A stretch of 64,000 nt of DNA from positions 211,420,001 to 211,484,000 of the forward strand of contig OX597815.1 in NCBI GenBank assembly GCA_951406725.2. Direction: 5' to 3'. The DNA is from Octopus vulgaris (lineage: Eukaryota). Within the stretch, counting starts at the first letter, position 1; every line of letters begins with the position of its first letter. Below the pieces are notes generated by a model that did not search any database, had not been told where the DNA came from, and saw nothing but the letters and a program-made list of their open reading frames with translations. Of the stretch, positions 53,972-64,000 are shown in pieces. The translations under genes were made by a program, and so were the position numbers.

Positions 53972-54206
53972 TATATATTTGTCCTCATCTTGTTTGTTAA
54001 CACAGCATTTCGGCTGATACACCCTCCAGCCTTCATCAAGTGTCCTGGGGAAATTTCGAACCTGGATTCTCATTCCTAATGTATTTTTCGATGTTGTTGT
54101 AATCATCATCATTATTATTATTATTATTATTCAGGTCATTGCCTGGAATCGAATTCGGAATCTTGGGGTTAGTAGCCCGCGCTCTTAACCACTACGCCAT
54201 ATGCCC
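53972..54206 (-). mobile_element. tRNA-headed SINE-like element containing a hammerhead-ribozyme motif
   Basis: Head GGGCATATGGCGTAGTGGTTAAGAGCGCGGGCTACTAACCCCAAGATTCCGAATTCGATTCC (A/B boxes), then (AAT)n, then the hammerhead at 54044-53999. Confidence 0.7.
53999..54044 (-). ncRNA. Minimal type I hammerhead ribozyme motif (degenerate copy)
   Basis: GACAC-TTGATGA-A-GGCTG-gagggtgtat-CAGCC-GAAA-TG-CT-GTGTT: stem I GACAC/GTGTT, stem II GGCTG/CAGCC; C3>U and changes in stem III/the cleavage triplet relative to the second copy. Confidence 0.65.
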
Positions 54207-55891
54207 GGGCTAGAATTTGGGTAACATCGATGATAAGTGTTGCCTGCCGCACTTTAGAAAGTTTTGGGCATTTTACGATACCGCTTCCATACTGGATATG
54301 TAAGGTGAAAGTTAGTTGGAAACTTTAGTTGCTTGAACATTTTCCAAATTGCAACCGAAACATTACCAAATGTATGCTTGTATGTATGCATGTATATTTG
54401 CATGTATATATTATGAATGTATGTTTGTATGTGTTTGTAAGTATGTACCAGTGAACTTGAAGATTTTTCTAACTGGGTCCGTATCAGGAGACAATGTCGG
54501 AATCAATCTAACAAGGAGATTGATATCAGAGATATAAAAAGTGTCAATATGGATGAGTAAAAAGTGAGATAAGATGGTATATGTGTGTATATATATACAC
54601 CGATAGATAAGAGGGTTCAGTGTTGTTGTTTAACCCCAGGTCAACTCTGACAAAGCAGGCCAATGATCTAAGGCTTTTCAACTATAACTATATTCAGTTT
54701 CAGTGATTTGAAGGAAGTAGTGGCAGTGAAAGGTAGCATTGGGATGAAACTATGCAGTAGGATTATTGAGGTACCCTATTGTAGGTGAGGGTGGAGTTTC
54801 ACGCTAAATACGTAATGTTTGAATGAAGGACAAGAGGTTCAGCTTTGGAATGCTTTTGACCATATGTCTGCCCATTCACAGTTGACCTCGGAGTTAAAAA
54901 ATTAGCATATGGTCACCCAATCTTCTGAAATAACAGTTAAGCTTCCCAGAAATCATACTGTATGCCACGCAGTAGGACTGAACCCAGAAGCATGTGGTTG
55001 GTAAGCAAGCTACTTACCACACAGCCACTCCTGCGCCTAACATGGTATAGACTGACATTTATGCACACAATTTCTTCAGACAGTTCCATCAAAGACATCA
55101 AGCAATTGTTACAGACAGCACCGTCAAACACACAGAGAAGAAACAGCTACCATATTTCCAACAACATACCCAGCCATCCACCCACCCACCCACCAATAAT
55201 TCCTTCCTTTTGACACTATCTTGTATCTTGTACTGAAATCTTTATTGTCAGTACTCTCTTACTAGAGACGCAACTATCCGGGACCCTTCCCAACGTCCCC
55301 AAACATCGAACATCAACGAAGAATCGCTGAGACGAAAAGAAGAAGTGTGAGAGAGAGAGATACACATACACAGACGGGCAATGAGACAGACAATGAAGAG
55401 TACAGAGAGAGACAGACAGTCAGACATAAACAATTATTATATAAGTGTGTAATGTAGTAAGTTGCTGAGTTTGCTGTTGGCCTGCTGGAGAAAGCGATAG
55501 GAGGGCAGGATACGGGGGTGCCGAAGCATCATCATCATCATCGTCAGCAGCAGCAGCAGCAGCCGTTGTAGTAGTAGTAGTAGTAGTAGTAGTATGTTTA
55601 GAGGAAGAGGAGTTAGGGTAGGCTGGTGAGGGAGAGGAAACTCTAGCTACCAGTGAGGCCCGGGGTGCGAAGGTGAGAGCGCGCATTAAGAACGAGAGAG
55701 GAAAACTGCGGTGGTGGCCTATGCGAGAGAGTGACTGACTGTTGAGTGAGTGACTGGTGAGTGAGTGAGTGAGTGAGCAAACTGAGTGATGAAGAAACGG
55801 TGATGTTGAAGGATTGGATTACAGAAACACGAAGGAGAGTTAGTGGGAGATAGCTTTATGCAGACGGAAGGAGAGCGACACACACATACAC

Positions 55892-55945
<54 letters not shown>

Positions 55946-55998
55946 GTGAGTCTGAGAGAGAGAGAGAAAGAAAGAAAGAGTGATAAAGCGAGAGAAAC

Positions 55999-56041
<43 letters not shown>

Positions 56042-56131
56042 AAGAAAGACTGATAGAGCGAGAGAAACAGAGTGTGTGTGAGTGAGAGAGAGAGAAAAAA
56101 GAAAGAGAGAGTGATAAAGAGAGAGAGAGAG

Positions 56132-56165
<34 letters not shown>

Positions 56166-57751
56166 GAGGAAATAGTGAAAGCAGAGTTACAAAATAAAAG
56201 CGGCCAGGTATGAGGTAAAGCGTGATGGCTGGTTGTGTGCCCAATGGGGATGTTAGTGACCCCCAAAGTCCCGAGGAAGATTATTTAGGAGGAGGTTGAG
56301 AAAAGATTGAGTGGTTGATAGAAGGGACAGCAGGTATGTTATTGATATATATTGGAGATAAATTAGACCAGGTAGGAGAGAGAGAGAGAGAGAGAAAGAT
56401 AACTTTCTTTATTGGCCACACGGGGCTGAACACAGAGGGGACAAATACAAATGTAGAGCTTTTCGAAAATGAAAAAAGAAAAAGGGGGAAAAAGAGAAAA
56501 AAAAAGCAAAATTCAGATCAAAAGGGTCGGGAAAAGATAGAGAGAGAGAGAGAGACAGACAGAGAGTGCGTGTGTGTGTGTGTGTGTGTGTGCCAGTGTA
56601 TCAATGCACGCAAGTGGGTGTTCGAAGAAGTAAGCATGAAATATGTACAGAAGAATCTGTGTGTGTGTGTGTAAACTTAGCATTAGCTAACATGTGTATA
56701 TGTATATATTTGTATGCATACATACATGCATGCATTTCCTCAGCCAGACATATGCGTGTGCTTTACCTGATATGCAACTGTGTGAACATGTGTATGTGTC
56801 TACCAAAAATGTGCTGGAATGCATGTGAGCATTTGCGCGTATGTATAAATGAATATGTGTACAGTTATGTACGTGTACGTATATATATAATGCATTTATG
56901 TACCGTGTATATACAGAACTGAATGTATGAGGAATAACTAGAGAGAGAGAGAGATAGAAAGAGCGACACATTCATCGTGGATAATATCATACAACATTAT
57001 TTACGCACCGACGGATCTGCTTAACGACCACCTATCTCCTATCTTTAACCGCTTTCATACATTCACCTACATCCATCTAATGATACACCCATCCATCCAT
57101 CAATGAATTACATTCAATCAACCAATCAAAGTATTCGTCCAAGGGATTCGACGAAATCAGCGAAAGTAATGTTGCTACATTATCCTCCTCCTCCTCCTCT
57201 CTCTCTCTCTCTCTCCCCCTCTTTCTTTCTCTCTCTCTCTCGCTCATTCATTTGCTCTCAAAGATCTAATCCCAGTTTGTGCAAACAACAACAACAACAA
57301 CAACGTGAACACACAACCTGTACACTGTCATCTCTTTGCCCCCCAACTGTAGGGATTTTTTAGCTTCCGCTCAACCTACTACATAACTGCCTATTCTCCC
57401 TCAAATTACACAATTCCTGCCTTTTAAAACATGAAATGACACAAACACACACACACACACACACACACACGTACATATATTTCCTCAGCCAGGCATATGC
57501 ACACATCCACATATATAAATGAAATGCGTGAACACACACACATAAGAATGACATACAAACACTTATCCACCACACAAATGCAAGTTATCCATGAACACAA
57601 ATGTGCATTCAAGCGTGTAACAAACGCATATCAACCAGTTCAGATGACCACAAAACTCCAAAACATATCTTTAATGAAACAGAAGGGCCTTCGTTAGTAA
57701 CCCCGAAATTTTAAAAAGAAAAAAACAAACTTAAATAAATTCTGAAGAACA

Positions 57752-57798
57752 TATACATACATACATACATACATACATACATACATACATACATACAT

Positions 57799-57847
<49 letters not shown>

Positions 57848-57942
57848 TACATACATACATACATACATACATACATACATACATACATACATACATACAT
57901 ACATACATACATGCACACACACACACACACATATACATACAT
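57752..57942. repeat. (ACAT)n/(CA)n compound microsatellite
   Basis: Directly visible. Confidence 0.95.
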
Positions 57943-58262
57943 AAAACAATACAAAAACGCATTGTGACCAGCTATCTGAAAGCCTGGTCAGTCACGTGAT
58001 CACGAGTCCTAGGACTCATACACCTGGTTGCCGCCCGGTCCCTATGGTCTATAAGTGACCAAGATCACAATATTATCACGGAATAAGACGTAGCAAATCT
58101 GTGGCAAGGTTATTCGGTTACTGCAGAAAGGCTTGGAATGATGTGAAATGAAGTGTTTTGCTCAAGAATGCAAAACACAATGCACCGCACTGCGAATCGA
58201 AACCCCGATCTTGTGAACGTGAGGACAACACCCTAACCACTAAGCACCACGCCTTCACTTTC

Positions 58263-58300
<38 letters not shown>

Positions 58301-58432
58301 CCGTGTGTGTCCCCGTGTGTGTGCGTGTGTGTGTAAGATGTCAACATTTTCATGTGTTACTTTTATCATTATGTAAATAATCGAGACAGCAAAGGAAAAC
58401 ACAGAAGTCTCTAGCGCGCGCGTGTGCGCGCG

Positions 58433-58481
<49 letters not shown>

Positions 58482-58569
58482 AGCGCGCATGCATTTGTGT
58501 GTGCACGCGTGCGTGTGTATATGTGCGCGCATATGTGTGTGTGTGTAACTGTTCATACATATGTACTTC

Positions 58570-60112
58570 TATGCTTGATGAGGTACCTGTAAATGCAGAT
58601 CCGAGTGTGCAATCATGCATTCATGTATGATTGCGCGTACCTTCATAGGTATATCTACATACGTGTATAGTGTCTATATATATGCACTAATGTGCTTGTG
58701 TGTTTATGTATGTGCATATATATATGCACATTAATACGTGTGTCTCTCTATGTGTATATGTGCATGCATTTGTGTTTGCGTGTGGAGAGTGGTGCACTTG
58801 GCTGCTGTGAAGCTTTGCGTAAAACAAAATAAAAGAACCAAGGAGTATGTCCTACGTGATGTTGTTGTTATTGTTGCCGTCGTTTTTGTTGTCCAGTATC
58901 CAAAAAACAGAAGACACTGTTATAGAGGAGCTTAGAACTAGCAAGATCCGAAGGGCAGTGACTATTGATATTGGTAAGCACGGGTGGAACAAGATCAGAA
59001 TACTAAATGTCTCCGTTTAGTGGGACATGGGGGTAGCGGGATCCGAAGAACAGTGTTCCCTGATCCGATCACCAGCGAGATCCGAAGGACAGTGTTCCTT
59101 GATCCGATCACCAGCGAGATCCGAAGGACAGTGTTCCCCGATCCGATCACCAGCAAGATCCGAAGGACAGTGTTCCCTGATCCGATCACCAGCGAGATCC
59201 GAAGGACAGTATTCCCTGATCCGATCACCAGCAAGATCCGAAGGACAGTGTTCCCTGATCCGATCACCAGCGAGATCCGAAGGACAGTATTCCCTGATCC
59301 GATCACCAGCAAGATCCGAAAGGACAGTGTTCCCTGATCCGATCACCAGCAAGATCCGAAAGACAGTGTTCCCTGATCCGATCACCAGCGAGATCGGAAG
59401 GGCAGTGTTTCCCGATCCGGTCACCAGTGAGATCGGAAGGACAGTGTTCCCTGATCCGATCACTAGCGAGATCGGAAGGGCAGTGTTCCCTGATCCGATC
59501 ACCAGCAAGATCCGAACAGCAGAAGCCACAGCTGTTGTGGAAGCACGAAATCAGTGAACCCGAATGCAAAGCTCATTCAACCCGAGGGAGGAAAAGCAGA
59601 GAAAGAAGGCAGCATGGCTATGGTACAGAGGTTGTATTGGTTTCTATCGGTAAACAACTTCATTCCAATCAGTCGAATGCGTGGACATTTTCGAGAAAGG
59701 TATAAATGTCACAGTGCCCTCGCTCAAAATCTCACACTTCATACTTCAACCTGTTTTCCAAAAAATCCTGTACTTTTAAGAAAAAAAAACTGAAAAGGTA
59801 AAAGAAGGCTAAGGGGCGGAAAGCGTGGGAGAAAGGATAGAAACAATCATCTACAGTAGGATAAATAATTCAGCAAACATAAATATATCTGCACAGAGAG
59901 ATAAAAAGGGAGAGAAAGCGCGAGTGAATGTCATGAGTATATGTACACGCGCGCGCATGCACACACACAAATACGCGCGCGCAGCACACATGCCGACAAA
60001 GAAAAGTACTCAAAGCATGTAGTAGAGTTTGTTTGTTTGCATGTATCGCACACATACATGAATGCATTCTTGCACACTCGGACCTGCATTTACAGGTACA
60101 TCATCAAGCATA
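58570..60112. repeat. 60-bp inverted repeats (58570-58629 / 60053-60112) enclosing ~1.4 kb
   Basis: tatgcttgatgaggtacctgtaaatgcagatccgagtgtgcaatcatgcattcatgtatg matches the reverse complement of the right arm with 4 mismatches. Confidence 0.85.
59040..59517. repeat. 39-bp tandem array (~12 units), consensus GATCCGAAGGACAGTGTTCCCTGATCCGATCACCAGC(G/A)A
   Basis: Units every 39 nt from 59040 (one 40-nt unit); orphan partial unit at ~58941-58960. Confidence 0.97.
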
Positions 60113-60135
60113 TATATATATTTATATATATGCGC

Positions 60136-60435
60136 CCTTTTCAAGCCTAGCCAGGCTCATGGGCCCCGTTTCCCGGTTTCTGTGGCGTATGTGCCCCCAC
60201 CCCCACCCAGCTGGACGGGATGCCAGTCCATCGCAGCGTTACTCAAGAAACAGGAAGAAAGAGTGAGAGAAAGTTGCAGCGAAAGAGTACAACAGGGGTC
60301 GCCACCCCCACCCCCCTGCCGGAGCCTCGTAGAGCTTTAGATGTTTTCGTTCAATAAACACACACAACGCCCGGACTAGGAATCGAAACCGCGATTCTCC
60401 GACCGCTGTCCTAACCACTGGGCCATTGCGACTCC
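60136..60435 (-). mobile_element. Family D-headed SINE
   Basis: Head shared with 49637-50141; different 3' region. Confidence 0.7.
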
Positions 60436-60935
60436 ATCATCAAACATACAAATCCAAATGTATGAACACAGTTATACACACCCACCCACCCAACCACTCA
60501 CACACACACATATGTATGTATATGTGTGTGTGTCAATGTATGCGTACGTGCCTGGGTATCTATGGGGTGTACATGTCACACACATACATACACCTATGCA
60601 CACACATATATAAGAGAGAAAGAGAGAATAAAGGAGGGAAGGAAAATGCAGAAAAATAATAGATAAAACGAAACATGAAAGAAAATAAGATCGAATGAAT
60701 GAATATCAAAACGTCGGAGATAATATTTTCGTTAAAATGCTATAGTCAGAAGAGGAAGTTAGTGCCCATTACCTATCATAGGGCCCCGATAATTGGTGAG
60801 AAAAGAGAGGGGGAAGCAGGAATGTATCATCAAATCCCCCCCAAAAAAACAGGCCTTGATATTTGCAACTGAGTAGATTCTGCTAGAGTCCTAAAATACC
60901 AAGAGGTGGTGTTAAACCAGATGTCCGGTTGAGTA

Positions 60936-61271
60936 CCGTATTTCCTGGCATACAAGTCGAATGTTTCCGATCAAAATTTACAGGTAAAAAATAAAGGTAG
61001 GTTGACTTATACACCAAGACGAGTTTAGAAGAGCAAACATTCCTTGAGAAAAGCAGGAGAATTTGAAAAAATAATGACAATACATTATTTACATTCGACG
61101 GATATTTGTCCTCATCTTGTTTGTTGTTAACACAACGTTTTGGCTAGTATACCCTCCAGCCTTCTTCAGGTAATGACAATGTTGGCAGTATTGAAATAAT
61201 GACAATGTTTGAATGTTTATATTACATGTTTGCATTATATACTACGTCAACTAGTCTGCTGAAAGATACGG
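60936..61271. mobile_element. Old Tc1/mariner-type (Tc2/Tigger-like) MITE
   Basis: TA|CCGTATTT... and ...gatacgg|TA ends, with subterminal agtcga/gttgacttata motifs. Confidence 0.55.
61082..61170 (-). mobile_element. 5'-truncated copy of the hammerhead-bearing element, with an apparent 10-bp TSD
   Basis: Minus strand ac-CTGAAGA-A-GGCTG-gagggtatac-TAGCC-AAAA-CG-TT-GTGTT...gaggacaaatat; taatgacaat at 61072-61081 and 61171-61180. Confidence 0.75.
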
Positions 61272-62671
61272 TATTACACCCACGTAAGCCATAGCATGAT
61301 TCGAACTCAAGCGTCGGAATAAATATTGCAAGGCATCTGGTCCAATGTTCTTACAGCTCTGCCTGTCTATCACCCTAGTTTGTATTGTAAATACTTTATC
61401 GACCCCGAAAGAATGAAAGACAAAGTTGACCTTGGTACGATTTGAACTCAGAGCGTAGAGAATCAGAACGAATATCGCAAGGCATTTTATTTGACGTGAC
61501 AACGACTTTGCTAATGTCAGAATTTATTTTAATTGAGGTTATGAGTTATGTTTTGGTCCATCAACATCATCTTTACAGATCAGACATTTTTTGCTTCATA
61601 TTTACATATTTGAAAGAAGCGCGGCCCGTTGATTGGCAGAATCGTTAAAATGACGAATAAAAAGCCGTATTTGTATTTAGTGATATCTCCTCTTTACGTT
61701 CAGAGTTCATATCCCGCTGCAGTTAAACTTTGCCTTTTAGGATCGACAAGATAAAAATTTGCCAGTGAATTCCTGGAAACGATATAATCGATTGTTCCCT
61801 AAACACACTCACACACACATTTATACAAATTATGCCAATGTTTGCCAACAAGATTTATAGCTGCAATTACGTTTCGTTTGTCATTAACTGTCTTGTTTCT
61901 GGATGTGTGCTTAGTGTATTTCTACATAGATTGAATTACAAAAAAAAAAAAAAGAAACATCTATTTTACGCAAGTAGAACCCACTAATCGCCTAAAAAAA
62001 GTTTCAGTACTGAAAAAAGTAGAATTTAATAGATGAACAATGTTCAGACTGATGCATTTCATTCGGTACTTTAAACGCCACCACTGCATGTCAGTGTGTA
62101 TGGGACTTCAACTATCGGTGTGTGGGGCTTTATCTGTCGGTGGGAATGGGACCTAATGACCTATGGATGTGTAGATCGCACCTACGTGTCATACATAGAT
62201 CTGCCTGCTCGATCAAAGAAGACCAATAGTTATACCAGAGCAATAAAAGCAGCAACAAGGATTAATAAGGACTTCACTTAAGTATAAATGATAGGAACAT
62301 CATCGTGATTACCCGAACTGCTAGAAATAGAAGTTAGGTGCATTTGAAAATCTCAACCCTAGTGTCATACAAAATGATCAACAGATTGAGTAATGTGGTT
62401 GTAGATAAACAACAGCTATTAGAGACCAAAGTTGTAAGGAAAGGGTGGTAGGTAAAGTGCATAACGAAGATTAACCAGTTCCGTGAGTACCTTTATGTGG
62501 TTGCTCAGCCTGCTAGAAATAACGACCATTTTTTCCCTCAAAATTGTACTCACTCTTTTAAAATAAAATAAAAAAAGATATGACGTAACGTCATACTATA
62601 GTATGATGGGATTGTCATAGCTGAAATACTTGCCTGAACATAGCTGATTTGAGCCCTATGACTCTCTAGAT

Positions 62672-62981
62672 CAGGGGTTGGGAAACTTTTTTTAACCAAT
62701 TACCCCAAAACATATTTATTTACGCTGATGTTACCCCCTTGATTTGAAAGGAAGAAAATCCTAGATTCTTGGAATTCAAAAGGTTTATTGGATCTATTTT
62801 ATTCAATTTATTTATATAAATCTATTTACACGACAGATGTAGTGTTGCCAGAACAAAAATTTCTGTCATAACAAGGAACACTTTTTTTTATTTAATTTTA
62901 TGTTTAATGAGTCTTCACAACCCTCAAGAATTTCATTTTTACCCCACTTAGAGTAAATATACCCCTGCTCGCAAACCCCTA
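62672..62981. mobile_element. hAT (Charlie-like) MITE
   Basis: CAGGGGTT...AACCCCTA ends; NTCTAGAN-type 8-bp TSD ctctagat / atcaagat (degenerate). Confidence 0.65.
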
Positions 62982-63276
62982 ATCAAGATAATCAAATTAT
63001 CGATATTTCACCTAAGCGTAGATCCACGAATTTATAGAAAAAGATGTAATCATTTTCAAGGCATGACTAGTATCATCTATCAGTCCCAAAAGTATGAAAT
63101 CCAAATTCTTTATTAGCAGAACTTCAACTTAGGACATTAAGAGTTGAAACAATCTTTTTTTTTTTTAACATCTACCTTCATATGCTGTTCTCGGCTAGAG
63201 TGAGGAACGATGAAAGACATACATTTTCCGTTAATTACAAAACTTTTGAGTGACATTGTTCTATCATTATATCTTT

Positions 63277-63462
63277 GGCAGAATCGTTAGCACGACAATC
63301 GAAACGCTTAGTGGTATTTTGTCTGTCTTTACGTTCTGAATCCAAATTCCGCCGAGGTCAACTTTGCCTTTCATCCTTTCGGGGTCGATAGATTAAGTAC
63401 CAGTTGCGTACTGGAGTCGATGTAGTCGACTGGCCCCCTCCCACCAAATTTTAGGCCTTGTG
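63277..63462 (+). mobile_element. Family B SINE monomer
   Basis: ggcagaatcgttagcacg head plus one core module. Confidence 0.8.
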
Positions 63463-64000
63463 AAAGGATTATGTCTTTGAAATACATGGAGGTCACAACG
63501 CTTTACAGACATACTGTCACTGTTGTGGCATATACCCTCCTCTGCCCTTAAAGTGCAAACAGCCCTAAGAATTCGGATATGAGATTCTAGGCCATAATCC
63601 CTTGCTCGAAGAAACCGACCCCGGAAGGATGAAAGGATGAAAGGCTACGCTAACCACGCAAAGAACCGTAACTAAATATAGGCAGGTATTCATAATAATA
63701 ATAATTATGCTTTCTATTACAGGCACAAGGCCTGGAATCTTGGGGAAGAGTGTAAGTCAATTACATCGAAACCCTGGTCAACTGGTACGTATTTCATCGA
63801 TTCCCGAAAGGATAAAAGTAAAGTCGATCTCGGCGGGGTTTGAACTCAGAGCGTAAAGAACCGGTTGAAGTGATGCTTAGAATTTTGTCTGCCGTGTTAA
63901 CAATTGTGCCAACCCACCGCCTTAATGGTGGTAATAATAATGAATATTTTCAAGGCCAGCAATTTTAGGAGAAGCGAGAAGCCGATTCTATCGCCCCTAT

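Noticed and set aside
54132-54206. Functional tRNA gene
   Set aside because: Acceptor and T stems pair poorly and it continues into a repeat body; it is a SINE head. The same applies to the other tRNA-like heads.
55420-55686. ORF with poly-T/A/D runs
   Set aside because: Homopolymer runs come from trinucleotide microsatellites; no recognisable domain.
59040-59517. CRISPR-like array
   Set aside because: Units are head-to-tail with no unique spacers, there are no cas genes, and the context is eukaryotic; it is a minisatellite.
58984-59557. Repeat-protein ORFs on both strands
   Set aside because: Open frames follow from a 39-nt unit lacking stops; a 1-nt insertion in one unit breaks the frame; no splice or start context.

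Overview
AT-rich, microsatellite- and repeat-dense eukaryotic DNA. The SINE families and (TA)n/(GATA)n/(ACAT)n load look like a coleoid cephalopod, most likely Octopus; this is inferred from recalled repeat families, not from a search. The only convincing host coding sequence is one minus-strand exon (43008-43360) encoding an ADAMTS metalloprotease pro-domain, so most of the window is probably very long intron. The rest is transposon debris: at least four tRNA-headed SINE families, two Penelope-like RT remnants, CR1, R4/Dong-like and L1/Tx1-like fragments, an ORF1-only (HAL1-like) element, mariner DD34D and DD37D-type relics, an internally deleted piggyBac, hAT and other MITEs, and two Helitron-type non-autonomous copies. 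The most interesting signal is a tRNA-headed (Pol III) SINE-like element whose body carries a minimal type I hammerhead ribozyme. It occurs in two copies (53972-54206 and 61082-61170); the second has an apparent 10-bp TSD, and each copy's core mutations are wild type in the other. A separate (TA)n-flanked element carries another hammerhead core (4935-4969). Also notable are several long fold-back palindromes next to (TA)n tracts and a 39-bp tandem array bracketed by 60-bp inverted repeats. Nearly all ORFs in the supplied track are microsatellite or SINE artefacts. Boundaries of decayed repeats are approximate.
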